Virus record (IMG/VR): IMGVR_UViG_3300028888_000061
Coordinates: 32,001 to 96,000 of that record
Source: a virus
Taxonomy: Duplodnaviria; Caudoviricetes
Direction: 5' to 3' (one strand)
DNA: 64,000 nt
Every line of letters begins with the position of its first letter. Position 1 is the first letter of the stretch. Both the position numbers and the translations under genes were made by a program. Under the pieces are notes generated by a model. It was not told the DNA's origin. It made no database searches and was given only the letters and a program-made list of their open reading frames with translations. Below, piece by piece: positions 30,598 to 40,233 of this stretch.

Positions 30598-31149
30598 TTA
30601 CTTGTAGAAATGGTAGGCACAGACAGGTATGAAGGCTCCCCAAGACACGTTTATGTCTTCGTCTGTCTCTTCCAAGGCTTTTGAGAAAACAGCCTTTTCG
30701 TGACAGTAAGCACACACCGTGGACACTTCAATCAGCTCATCAGCTTCAGCCATCAGCACTATGATGCTGTCCCACAGACGCCCATCAGAAACCGTCCTTA
30801 AACCGAAACATTGAACGTCAACGGGAAGTACACCGTCACACAACAACCCGACAGACAGCAATCGAAGTTCATGTACTTGTGATGAAGTAAGAAACTGAAC
30901 CTCATCAACAAGCACAAGGTCAAAGTTTCGCAGCATGGAAGAATAAAAAGCCAGAGAATCATCTGCATTGAGCGTTATGTCTGCATGTTCGGAGATTCCA
31001 ATTCGTGATTGTACGCCATCACATCGTGTATCAACAGAAGGTTTTATAATGCACACACGCTTTCCAGTCTTTTTCCATGCGTGAGCACGTGCCAAAAGAG
31101 TCATTGACTTGGCGCTGTTTACAGTGCCGTAAAAGAATTTCAATGCCAT
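30598..31149 (-). CDS. tdk: Thymidine kinase
   Basis: GTVNSAKS, KP..DTR, DEVQF, FGL, C..C/C..H lasso. Confidence 0.9.
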   Translation of the reverse strand: MALKFFYGTVNSAKSMTLLARAHAWKKTGKRVCIIKPSVDTRCDGVQSRIGISEHADITLNADDSLAFYSSMLRNFDLVLVDEVQFLTSSQVHELRLLSVGLLCDGVLPVDVQCFGLRTVSDGRLWDSIIVLMAEADELIEVSTVCAYCHEKAVFSKALEETDEDINVSWGAFIPVCAYHFYK

Positions 31150-31772
31150 TACAAATTCTCCGGTCTTGGTTTACGAACTGGTCTTGGTGGAAGATTGCGA
31201 GGCTTCCATCTCGGTGAATGTGGAGGATTTCTGAAATCGATTTCAACCTTATCCTCAGACTGAACGTGCTGCACGAGGTTAATTAGTGTCGATGGCTGTA
31301 CAGAAGATTGCTGATTTGGAAGCTCCTTTACGTCTTCATCTGTTACATGATTCGCTTTTGACTTATGCTCTGGAACAGGTGAAGACGTAATAAATTCCTT
31401 TCGACCGTCTGGGAAGACAACCGTACTGTCATCAAACTGAATACCAAACACATCAGCATCGTTATGTGCGACTTTGTCAGTCTTCTTTGGTTTCGTCTTT
31501 TTATGCCCAACACGTTTGGTTTCAGCTTTACGTTGTTCAGAACGACACGGAATAACCGTTGAAGTTGGTCTCAATAAAGGCTTAATTTCGTTTGTGTGTT
31601 CATCTCTGTCTGGTTCAAGTTTTGGAAACATCAGCGAAGTACAACACAAATCCAATCCAAAAAAGAAAGCCTTTAACCACATAAAGAAAGAGACTTCCAT
31701 CACAACCGTGTCGGTATGATGAAGTCCAGAACCAATACACATCTGGTTGTCGATATGAAGTCTGATTTTCAC
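31149..31772 (-). CDS. Hypothetical protein
   Basis: Coupled ORF with a Pro/Arg-rich tail. Confidence 0.65.
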   Translation of the reverse strand: MKIRLHIDNQMCIGSGLHHTDTVVMEVSFFMWLKAFFFGLDLCCTSLMFPKLEPDRDEHTNEIKPLLRPTSTVIPCRSEQRKAETKRVGHKKTKPKKTDKVAHNDADVFGIQFDDSTVVFPDGRKEFITSSPVPEHKSKANHVTDEDVKELPNQQSSVQPSTLINLVQHVQSEDKVEIDFRNPPHSPRWKPRNLPPRPVRKPRPENL

Positions 31773-32059
31773 GGCAGGAAATCCATCAAGTCACCGTCAG
31801 AGACATCTCGTGTGGTAGAGACCACACCATCGGCTGTCTTCTGAACTTCTTTAGCCTGTTTACGAAGTTCCTTGTAATACTCGTCAAGGACTTCCGTAGC
31901 ACTGTTTATTTCAAATATTGTCATGTTGTCAGTCACATCGAACCCGATGTTCGCATGTTTACTCAGCATTACTTGGAGTCGGAATACCCCCTTCCAGAGT
32001 TCCTGTCGTTGTTTTAACCCCTCCAAACTCTCCGACATTGGGCAGAAAAAAGCTCTCAT
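31769..32059 (-). CDS. Tail/baseplate chaperone C-terminal frame (possible frameshift product)
   Basis: Overlaps the upstream gene by about 100 nt from a T6 run; DNMTIFE motif. Confidence 0.55.
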   Translation of the reverse strand: MRAFFCPMSESLEGLKQRQELWKGVFRLQVMLSKHANIGFDVTDNMTIFEINSATEVLDEYYKELRKQAKEVQKTADGVVSTTRDVSDGDLMDFLP

Positions 32060-32762
32060 CTACCCTCAACATCACAGAATAAGTTTGACCACATGATGGA
32101 CATTCAAGCTGCTTTTCAATGTCGGGACCAAACTCTCCAAGAGATTTGTTTACGTGAGTAAGATAGACTGCATCACGAACAGGAAGGTTGTCATACCAAT
32201 CAGCTATGGCAACTGTGTCAGAACCCGCACGGAACAAATTGCACACGTATGTGTACGCAGAGGTTACAGATTTGAGAGTTTTCGCATCCCACCTCATTTT
32301 ATTTGCACGCTCTTTAGCAAGGTTTTGTGCTCTCTCTATCATCGCCGGTGTTGTTACCATAACAGTAACATGGTCATGTGATTCAGGTAGTTCAACTTCA
32401 AATGGGTATTGGTCAGGTGTAAAATAATTTACTGGAATCGAAGACAAATCCCATTCAATGTCATGCACATCATTGCAGTACGGACATGTGGCTTTCATTT
32501 TCAGGATGTTCCCAAGCGACATTGCACGCACTTTGAAGATAATAGCCGTCCAGTCAGAAGCATGAAAGTCAGCCGCCTTGAGTGGACAATCAACAAGACA
32601 CGTGTCAATTAACCGACCAATGGATGCTTCCGATGCACCACTCAGAATATGGTCACGAAATGCTTTTGACTTGTAAGGCGTAATGGTTACATACTCGACA
32701 CCATTCATTTCCGGATAAATGATGCCACGTGAAGGCAACACCAGTCTTTCTTCGACAGCCAT
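31959..32762 (-). CDS. Baseplate hub assembly protein (T4 gp26/gp51-like)
   Basis: LPSRG..YP, R..SLG..L...CPYC, VELP.S, CPSCG, FF.P. Confidence 0.75.
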   Translation of the reverse strand: MAVEERLVLPSRGIIYPEMNGVEYVTITPYKSKAFRDHILSGASEASIGRLIDTCLVDCPLKAADFHASDWTAIIFKVRAMSLGNILKMKATCPYCNDVHDIEWDLSSIPVNYFTPDQYPFEVELPESHDHVTVMVTTPAMIERAQNLAKERANKMRWDAKTLKSVTSAYTYVCNLFRAGSDTVAIADWYDNLPVRDAVYLTHVNKSLGEFGPDIEKQLECPSCGQTYSVMLRVDESFFLPNVGEFGGVKTTTGTLEGGIPTPSNAE

Positions 32763-32778
32763 GATTTTCTCCTTAAAG

Positions 32779-33135
32779 TTAAACGTACTCTGAATCCATT
32801 TCTTCCAGTTCTGCCCGAACTGTCTTCACAATTTTCTCAACGAATGCAGCAGTTTTCTTAAACTTAACCGCCGTAGCTTTATAGTCTTTTGTCTGCCTGT
32901 AATGCATGTAAATCTGTACGCAGAGAATGCGACGTTCAATCTCTTCAAATGTGGGAAATTCTATCTTGTCGCCTTGACATAAATCAAGTATCTCAATGAA
33001 CTTATCCCCGAGTGCATACTCTAAGGCGCGAAAGATGTTGCCGTCACTCATGCTATCAAGCAACTCAGACAAAACTTCCCTGTGCGACACAGGCATTTCT
33101 GCGTAAACAACTAAACCGCCCGGCTTTCTTGGCAT
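32779..33135 (-). CDS. Mor/C-family transcription activator-like protein
   Basis: LG..FIEILDLCQGDKIEFP..IY...TAVKFKKT..FVEKIV resembles the Mor dimerisation and HTH layout; 118 aa. Confidence 0.55.
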   Translation of the reverse strand: MPRKPGGLVVYAEMPVSHREVLSELLDSMSDGNIFRALEYALGDKFIEILDLCQGDKIEFPTFEEIERRILCVQIYMHYRQTKDYKATAVKFKKTAAFVEKIVKTVRAELEEMDSEYV

Positions 33136-33235
33136 CGTAAAACTCCTGTATGTAAACGAACTGACAGATTAACAGCTTATCAACACGAACATAACCATTA
33201 TGTTACAATGCATGTTAAGGTGAACTACCCACAGC

Positions 33236-34555
33236 CTAAAGGCGGTGTGCTTCAAATTCATTAGAATTTGATTTATCCATTCTCACGAATTGGACTTCCT
33301 GTTTCAACGAACAGTCCACATCACCAAAAGATTTGGTTCTGCTTCCCTGCCCTCCGCAGGCATAAGTTCCGATAGTTCCTACCGTACCTTTAATCTTGCT
33401 TATCGCATCATTACGCAAATTGATAGCCGCATTGTGATCCCTGCTATGTTCAAGTCCACAAGATGGACAAATCCATTTACGAACGCTCAAATTCTTTACA
33501 GCTTCATTCTTAAAACCACAATGACTGCACAACTGTGATGATGCAAACCACTTATCTGATTTAACAACAGAACAATTATGGAACGTGCTCTTCCATTCAA
33601 GCATATTCACAAATTTATTCCATGACACATCGTTGTAGTTCTTTGCGTTATGGCTGAAACGCATCATGCCTTTAATGTTCAACGTTTCAACACCAATCAC
33701 TTCATAACTACGGACAAGACGGAGAGTTTCTTTCTCCATCCAATCACGCCGCTTATTCGCTATATGTTCTTCAAACTTTGCCAATCGTCGTCTAGCTTTT
33801 TCACGGTTTTTGGAACCTTTCTTGGTTCTCGAAAAGTTCCTCTGTAAATGAGCCAGATGACGTTTTGCTTCTTGCTTGAATGGAACATAATTGTGTGCTG
33901 AGTGATTGTTTGAGTCTATGTAAGCCTTTGACGGAGAAAAATCCAGTCCGATAGCTTGGTTATCACTGCCGGAAAAAGACTTTTCTTTATCGTTCAAACT
34001 TTCATAGACACAACAAATCGAAGCATAACAACGTCCGGATTTAGTTACTTCAACGGTCAAGTTCTTCCGCTTTATCCATTTGTTATGAAACCATGCAGGA
34101 ATATGATTATGACGAAATGTGACCTTACCAATTTTTGGAAATTTCAACCACATTTCATGTTCTGAAAACAGATATTTTGACAGGTCTATTTCTCGAAACG
34201 AGCAACCATCCTTTTTCTTTTTGAAGTGTGGTTTTCCTTTCTTGCCTGCGAAGAAATCAGAGTATGCCTTCTGAGCATCACGACGTGCTTGTTGCAAAGC
34301 AACGGATGAGACTTCTTTCAAGAATGGAAATTGCTCACAAAGCTGTTTCTCTGTCTGGTACTTGAACGCCTTGTAAATCTTGTTCTTTTCATCTTTGTTC
34401 AGGTTACGACCTTTGATGTTATCAGCATAGAATTGTTCCCTTACTTCGACGTATTTGTTATAGACAAAGCGACGACAACCACCAGTTTTTATGAACATCT
34501 GAAACTGCTCTGGTGTAGGGTACAATCTGATTTTAAGACAACGCTTAATTTCCAT
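33236..34555 (-). CDS. tnpB: RNA-guided endonuclease TnpB
   Basis: IRLYPT.EQ..G..RFVYN HTH, GLDF / VETL / RDHNAAIN RuvC, SSQLCS.CG..W.CP.CG. Confidence 0.93.
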   Translation of the reverse strand: MEIKRCLKIRLYPTPEQFQMFIKTGGCRRFVYNKYVEVREQFYADNIKGRNLNKDEKNKIYKAFKYQTEKQLCEQFPFLKEVSSVALQQARRDAQKAYSDFFAGKKGKPHFKKKKDGCSFREIDLSKYLFSEHEMWLKFPKIGKVTFRHNHIPAWFHNKWIKRKNLTVEVTKSGRCYASICCVYESLNDKEKSFSGSDNQAIGLDFSPSKAYIDSNNHSAHNYVPFKQEAKRHLAHLQRNFSRTKKGSKNREKARRRLAKFEEHIANKRRDWMEKETLRLVRSYEVIGVETLNIKGMMRFSHNAKNYNDVSWNKFVNMLEWKSTFHNCSVVKSDKWFASSQLCSHCGFKNEAVKNLSVRKWICPSCGLEHSRDHNAAINLRNDAISKIKGTVGTIGTYACGGQGSRTKSFGDVDCSLKQEVQFVRMDKSNSNEFEAHRL

Positions 34556-34589
34556 TGGTAACTGACCTTTGTTACTGACCGTTTTGAAT

Positions 34590-34638
34590 GGTGGCAAATG
34601 ATCGGTCAAATCATCTTTCGGGGATCAGCCTAGCCACC
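34590..34638 (-). promoter_or_regulatory. Three-way-junction leader RNA, copy 1
   Basis: GGTGGC-TAGG-N7-CCGAAA-GATGAT/ATCATT-T-GCCACC. Confidence 0.6.
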
Positions 34639-34670
34639 AAACATATTGATAGCATAACCTAATGCTTGTT

Positions 34671-35420
34671 TCAATAAAGAGGACTCTCTTTCATACCACG
34701 GGATTTAGCACGTGGGTTTTCTCGCTCGTCGTATGATAGACGAAACAGAGTTTTATTCGGTTGCTTCGTAATACCTCTTGACAAATCAAAAATCTTTAAC
34801 GTCATGGCATGAGCCTCTTCTTTGTTACTGAACACATAATCCAAAACTTCTTCAGACACCCCATGCGTGTGTATTGACTTGTCGTTATAAGCATTAAGGT
34901 CAAGCACAGTGTCCTCAGTCGGAAGGTATTTGTTATCCTTGTACAGACTGTTCGACATCGTATTACGGATACGGGTGTACAGAATTGCACGAAGGTTCGA
35001 TATCTTACCTGTGAAAAATCGCACCTTGTTATTTAACCAAGAGGCACAGTCGGACACAGCGAGTGTGTTTAAGCTGTTCTGGTCTTCATTTCTGTAATAC
35101 TTGCCAGACACAGAATATGCGAGCATTTGAATGTAAAGCCATCCGAACTCAGTCAGACCTTTGTCGTCAAGAAACTTATCCAAAGTCATTGACTTTGGGT
35201 CGTATTTGAAGGCATCAGGATACTTCTTCAATAAAAGCTGTGTTGCTTTTCTTGCCGAGAAAACCGCTGCCAAATCAAGGGTCTCATCGTTTGAAACAGA
35301 CCCGTCTTGCGTATCATCAGAAGCGTCAGCACTTTCTGAAAAAAGCTCAAGCTCATCACCCGTATCATCACCAACGTACTCCGCAGTTTCCCACGACAAC
35401 TCACCATTTAACTCGTACAT
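34671..35420 (-). CDS. Divergent sigma-factor-like protein (region 2)
   Basis: NLRAILYTRIRNTMSNSLYK resembles sigma regions 2.3-2.4; start uncertain. Confidence 0.45.
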   Translation of the reverse strand: MYELNGELSWETAEYVGDDTGDELELFSESADASDDTQDGSVSNDETLDLAAVFSARKATQLLLKKYPDAFKYDPKSMTLDKFLDDKGLTEFGWLYIQMLAYSVSGKYYRNEDQNSLNTLAVSDCASWLNNKVRFFTGKISNLRAILYTRIRNTMSNSLYKDNKYLPTEDTVLDLNAYNDKSIHTHGVSEEVLDYVFSNKEEAHAMTLKIFDLSRGITKQPNKTLFRLSYDERENPRAKSRGMKESPLY

Positions 35421-35516
35421 GGACACACCCCGTGAACCAGAAGTCCGACTTTTTATGTTTAACACAACGCAAAATTTACGACAAGAAATTGACCGAAAAT
35501 TTGTGCCTGTTTTTAC

Positions 35517-36629
35517 TTATCCAATCTCGAACGAATCCGCCCCTGACAACAAAGACAAGAGCATCGTTTGAACACCAAGGTCATCTGTAAATCCTTCAAG
35601 CACCCAAGACTGCATACAGTAGCGAACAAGTCCGTTCCAGTTAATGTGCCGGTCGCTCAAAGGCTTATCACAAACAAATCGCCTCACTGCATCCGAAACA
35701 TCTGGACTGTCATGGAACAAGGATACACGAAGTATCTCGCTAAAGAAACGTTTGTATTCCTCAACGAACATCGCAATGGGTAACGATAAAAGGCTCTCAA
35801 AGACTTTCTCAATGTATTCCGTTTTTATCTGTACGGAACCTGAATTAAGATTCCGTTGAAGTAAAAGCCGAACAAAGGCAATAATGCCGCGATAAAACCG
35901 TTCGGTATCCTGCATGAAAACATCACGACCGGACAAAAGGTAACGGTCCATAAGCATGTACGCATTACGCATCGAACCACGACTACGCTGTGCGAGAATA
36001 CGACACACCTCGTCAGGGACGTTAATATTTCGCTTGTCAGCACATTTACGTAACGTCTTTTCGATAAGAACGACAGACTTTGTCGTGTAGTGAAGTTCCA
36101 CAGCACGAGAACGTATAGTAGGTAACAGATTATCTGGGTCTGTTGTGCATAACAAAAATTTATGGAAAGGATGCCCTTCTTCAAAGTCCTTCAGAAGCAA
36201 CGTCTGCACGTCACGAGTAAGCTGGTGACATTCATCCAGAACGACAACACTCCACCTGCCGCCTGTGCCATAAGAAAACGAATCAATGATTCCACGAATG
36301 GCATCCTTTCTGTTCACGGTACTCGAATCGTACTCATGGTAAAACTTCCACTCACCAATCGGTGCATTGTTACGCAGACACGCAGCACACAAACCACAGA
36401 TGTCCTTGGATTGCCCAGAACGAAGTCGGTCACAGCACAATGCCTTATAAAACAGACGTGCAGAACTCGTCTTGCCACCGCCATACGAACCGGACAGAAT
36501 TATGGTGTTTGGTGTATTTGAAGGGTCTTTAGCGATATTAAGAAGAATGCGACTATTTTCATCTTCGCCGACAACTTCAGAAAACTTTGATGGTCTCTCT
36601 TCCTGAGCTAACACGTGACTGTACTCCAA
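35517..36629 (-). CDS. dnaX: Clamp loader AAA+ subunit (DnaX gamma/tau-like)
   Basis: RPSKFSEVVG, GSYGGGKTS, Cys4 Zn site, LDECH, TIRSR. Confidence 0.9.
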   Translation of the reverse strand: MEYSHVLAQEERPSKFSEVVGEDENSRILLNIAKDPSNTPNTIILSGSYGGGKTSSARLFYKALCCDRLRSGQSKDICGLCAACLRNNAPIGEWKFYHEYDSSTVNRKDAIRGIIDSFSYGTGGRWSVVVLDECHQLTRDVQTLLLKDFEEGHPFHKFLLCTTDPDNLLPTIRSRAVELHYTTKSVVLIEKTLRKCADKRNINVPDEVCRILAQRSRGSMRNAYMLMDRYLLSGRDVFMQDTERFYRGIIAFVRLLLQRNLNSGSVQIKTEYIEKVFESLLSLPIAMFVEEYKRFFSEILRVSLFHDSPDVSDAVRRFVCDKPLSDRHINWNGLVRYCMQSWVLEGFTDDLGVQTMLLSLLSGADSFEIG

Positions 36630-36657
36630 TGCGTAAAATAACAGCGGTCAACTTTAT

Positions 36658-36699
36658 ATCCTAAACCAAACCAGACACATGAAGCAAGTCCAGCACCAC
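36658..36699 (-). promoter_or_regulatory. Box promoter inside the 3' end of the primase gene
   Basis: GTGGTGCTG-N27-TAGGAT. Confidence 0.5.
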
Positions 36700-37461
36700 G
36701 TTCTTGTAAACATTATACATACTGTCATTATCCAGAGCGAGCTGTGCAATATCACCGAAGTCTTTCTTATACGGAGAGTAAACTCTCTCCACAGTCGGAG
36801 GCTTTCGGGAGAACTTCATTTTGGTATTCAATCTGGAATACCCCGTATCTCCGGCCTCATCATTATCGAATGCGACAACACACCGAGGCGCTGTCTGTGA
36901 AACAAGAGTGAGCATCTCTAAATTCATACCGGACACACCTCCCGATGCAATCGTATATGGATAAAAACACCGCAACCAGTCAGAGTCAAAAGCACTTTCA
37001 ACCAGTAACCAAGGCTTATGATACGGTTTGTCAGAAGTCAGAAATCCATAAGGTACGTATGGAAACGGCGTAAACGAGCGAAAACTTTTAGAAAACACTG
37101 AACGCACCGTCACACCATGAACTTTATCATCCATATCACGTGACGGCATAACAATCACAAGTTCCTCAGAGCAAACAAATTTGCGAAACCAGTCAGGTAA
37201 AAAATCACATGAATATGCTGTTTGTCCGTCAAGCAACCTATAACCCAGATGTGAAGCCCAATACAAATACTTGTCAGCACAGCCTGAATTAAGAATCCTT
37301 AAACGACCGTCAAGATTCCTGTAACGAATACACAAGTCATCCTTTGACGGAACTGTCGGTAATGATGCGAACAAATCCGTCATACGCTTCACAAGGTCAC
37401 ATGCGTCAGCTTTGGTGTAAGGAATGTATGAGTTTACGTCTGTGGATTCCATACAAAACAC
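36661..37461 (-). CDS. DnaG-like primase catalytic (TOPRIM) domain without Zn finger
   Basis: LVESAFD, ASGG, AFDNDEAG, KDFGD. Confidence 0.8.
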   Translation of the reverse strand: MFCMESTDVNSYIPYTKADACDLVKRMTDLFASLPTVPSKDDLCIRYRNLDGRLRILNSGCADKYLYWASHLGYRLLDGQTAYSCDFLPDWFRKFVCSEELVIVMPSRDMDDKVHGVTVRSVFSKSFRSFTPFPYVPYGFLTSDKPYHKPWLLVESAFDSDWLRCFYPYTIASGGVSGMNLEMLTLVSQTAPRCVVAFDNDEAGDTGYSRLNTKMKFSRKPPTVERVYSPYKKDFGDIAQLALDNDSMYNVYKNVVLDLLHVSGLV

Positions 37462-38058
37462 TTAAATATCAAGAGACCAGACAGGGTCATTTGGGTCGAG
37501 TTCGTCTGAATCCAGAAGCGTCTGATGTAATCCAAATTGCTCTGTCATCATACGGTCATAAGCAGCATTATTCTTTGAGACTTCGTGAGCATACGCATCG
37601 CACTGCACCTGGAAACTGTGTAAAAGTGCGGTAGCTTTTTTGTCACCGATTTCTGACTTCAACCACTGTAATGCATTATCCAACGCAACTTTACGGCCCT
37701 GGGATGAATTGAATTTCTCGCTATCGAACGTCGCATGGTACTCTTCATAACACTCACGCACCTTGCAAATGTAGCGTATAATTGTCGAACGTTTTTCATC
37801 CGATAACCGGTCAACAGCACGTGAAATGGTCACGGTTGGAGACGACAACTTATACGTGAACCCGTTCTTGATGGGACTCTCTGTTATTTCGTAAGGAATG
37901 CTGAAAAACTCACCTGTTGCGACAACACCATCTGTGATGTACCCGGAGCATTCTTGATAATTTGGTTTCACAACCTTCAATTTCTTACGTTTTTGCACTT
38001 CACGTTTCCCGTAAAATAATTTCTTAGCCATCGCTCTACCAAAAGCAAAACCCAACAC
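37462..38058 (-). CDS. Hypothetical protein
   Basis: ORF in operon; start may be ATG 38031. Confidence 0.65.
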   Translation of the reverse strand: MLGFAFGRAMAKKLFYGKREVQKRKKLKVVKPNYQECSGYITDGVVATGEFFSIPYEITESPIKNGFTYKLSSPTVTISRAVDRLSDEKRSTIIRYICKVRECYEEYHATFDSEKFNSSQGRKVALDNALQWLKSEIGDKKATALLHSFQVQCDAYAHEVSKNNAAYDRMMTEQFGLHQTLLDSDELDPNDPVWSLDI

Positions 38059-38087
38059 AGTCTAACAAACTGTGTTGGGTGTCCACA

Positions 38088-39335
38088 TTATTCCTTAATC
38101 AAGTCCAAATGACAAGACCAAGCACCTGATGAAATGTGTAATTCAGAGACATCGGCGGTCACGACAACATCACAGCATGAGGATGGGCATGATTTAAGTA
38201 ACATACTCAACTGAGCAGCATTCACGCACACGGTAAAGTAATTGCGAACCTCTCCAAAAACCTCGTGATGGATTACATGCTTTGTCCCATTATTCTTACC
38301 ACATAACGTAACCGACAACTCTTCGTCATCACCATCTTTGACAAAGCTCACAAGGATGTTGCCATTAAAGAAATCACGCATGTCATCCTGCATAACTGCA
38401 GGAATACTTGCAATACGTTTGAGGGAATCCAACGAGGTTATAATGCCCGCAGATACTTGAACTTTGTCATGTACGACGGATACAGTTCCGAAGCGAGCCA
38501 GAGCGAACTCGAACTGGTCACCAACAAAGCGAACATAAGGGTAGTTGTTCTTAGACTCTGTCTGAATATAAGCTCTAAGAGACTTTGACTGTGTTTTAGA
38601 CAAAAACGATGCAAGAATTTCAGCAGACCATAAAGGGAGTCTGTGAACAAATAAATCACAATCATACCTGACATAACCGCCGGTGTCGTCAACAAAGGCA
38701 TACCCATCTTTAAAAACAAGATTCGGATTAGGTGTCTTCTGTGCTTTTGCGACAACCAAAAGACTGGAGAGAACTTCTTGCATTTCTGACACAGACAGTT
38801 CTTTATCCCAAGTAGGGAAGTTCAACGGAATGTCGAACACACTTTCTGAAAAATTTCCAGTCGGCACATCAAGCCATCCACCAAGCACCAGAGCTCTTAC
38901 ATGAACATGCTCACCATCTTCAATAAATTTAAGGGTGAGATTATCGCCAAGTAACAGATTGTCAAGTTTTTGAAGCATTGACTGCTTCAAAATAACAGGC
39001 TTGCCTTCGTAAACAGCGGTTTTATTCAGCACAGGAATCGACATCTTAATCATCGTTGCGGACGAGTTGTCAGTCGCACTTACGGTAAGACGATTCTCCA
39101 TCGTTCCATTGTCTGTTTCAAACGCATCAACATCAAGCATAAAGAAAACACAATGGGAATCCTTCACACGGTCAGGTAACCGCTGCACGATGTCCAAGAA
39201 CGATTTGAGTGCCTTCCGCCGTATTGTCACATGTGGTTCAGATATGTTGACCTCTTCGTCAGACAAATCTTCGTTCACAAATAACTGATCTTCACTGCAC
39301 ACAGTCTCTAACTCTGCCATAGATTTACACTCCAA
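38088..39335 (-). CDS. Divergent sliding clamp (DnaN-like)
   Basis: I.RKALKSFL..V, LTVSATD, three-domain length, close to the clamp loader. Confidence 0.5.
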   Translation of the reverse strand: MECKSMAELETVCSEDQLFVNEDLSDEEVNISEPHVTIRRKALKSFLDIVQRLPDRVKDSHCVFFMLDVDAFETDNGTMENRLTVSATDNSSATMIKMSIPVLNKTAVYEGKPVILKQSMLQKLDNLLLGDNLTLKFIEDGEHVHVRALVLGGWLDVPTGNFSESVFDIPLNFPTWDKELSVSEMQEVLSSLLVVAKAQKTPNPNLVFKDGYAFVDDTGGYVRYDCDLFVHRLPLWSAEILASFLSKTQSKSLRAYIQTESKNNYPYVRFVGDQFEFALARFGTVSVVHDKVQVSAGIITSLDSLKRIASIPAVMQDDMRDFFNGNILVSFVKDGDDEELSVTLCGKNNGTKHVIHHEVFGEVRNYFTVCVNAAQLSMLLKSCPSSCCDVVVTADVSELHISSGAWSCHLDLIKE

Positions 39336-40233
39336 GTTTGTCCAAATATTGGGTTACGATGTTATGAATTTCGTTTGGCAGTCCCATTTCAGAAACGTAT
39401 GAACGTACAGAAGTTTGTCCGCCGTCATACGAACTGCACAAAGTCTCAACCAAATCGAACATACTCAATGATACCTCTTCCTGGTTGCGCATAATGACCT
39501 CTTCAGGCTTCTTTGCGACAGACACATCAACGAACGAAAATGCATCCGTTGAAACATCATACACCAAGACACGAGGGATACGCATCAGATTATGTGCATC
39601 AGACGAATTTCGTGAAAGACTGCCGGGGCGGTACAGCGTCCAAGACGCTTGTTTAAGAGGCATGTAGGGTGCATGGTCGTGACCGAAAATATACGTGCCA
39701 TAACCAAAGGCATCCAAATCCTCAGTCTGCAAAGACGTATCTGAGAAACCACACTGAAAGTACTCATGTGCCACACAGATTTTCTTCGCTCTGTCCTCAT
39801 CACACGAGGTAATCTTTTGGGAAAAATCATATCCGATGATTTGAAGACCCTCGTCATTCAGGTCAATCGGATTTTCAGAAAGGCGTTTCAAAAACCCAGA
39901 TATGAGCAAGACACCAAGTGATGTATCATTAAGCGTGTCTAGCCTGTCATATCGGATGTCGTGATTACCAACGATAGTGTAACACGTAATCCCGTTATCG
40001 CAGAATGACTGAAACAACTGCATCACTTGTGTGAACAATGACCATGCGACCGTCGGCGCGTCAAACAAATCACCGAGAAACACCACACGGTCGATTTTCT
40101 TTTCCATGCAGTACGACAGAATCCATTTGAGCTTCAGCAGAATGGCTTCTGCATAGTTGTCTTTACGGCACACAGGGTTTTGTGCTTTAAGATGAACGTC
40201 TCCGACGAACATCACTTTATCGTGGTGAATCAT
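39325..40233 (-). CDS. sbcD: Mre11/SbcD nuclease
   Basis: GDVH, GDLFD, GNHD, GHDH, PGSL. Confidence 0.9.
   Translation of the reverse strand: MIHHDKVMFVGDVHLKAQNPVCRKDNYAEAILLKLKWILSYCMEKKIDRVVFLGDLFDAPTVAWSLFTQVMQLFQSFCDNGITCYTIVGNHDIRYDRLDTLNDTSLGVLLISGFLKRLSENPIDLNDEGLQIIGYDFSQKITSCDEDRAKKICVAHEYFQCGFSDTSLQTEDLDAFGYGTYIFGHDHAPYMPLKQASWTLYRPGSLSRNSSDAHNLMRIPRVLVYDVSTDAFSFVDVSVAKKPEEVIMRNQEEVSLSMFDLVETLCSSYDGGQTSVRSYVSEMGLPNEIHNIVTQYLDKLGV

Larger units (their letters stand above)
33220..34640 (-). mobile_element. TnpB-only IS200/IS605-type element 2 (left end not recognisable)
   Basis: Right end AAGCACACCGCCTTTAGGCTGTGGGTAGTTCAC. Confidence 0.7.

Noticed and set aside
20859-34555. TnpBs as Cas12 or as catalytically dead TldR repressors
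   Set aside because: No array, IS right ends are present, and the RuvC D-E-D residues look intact in both
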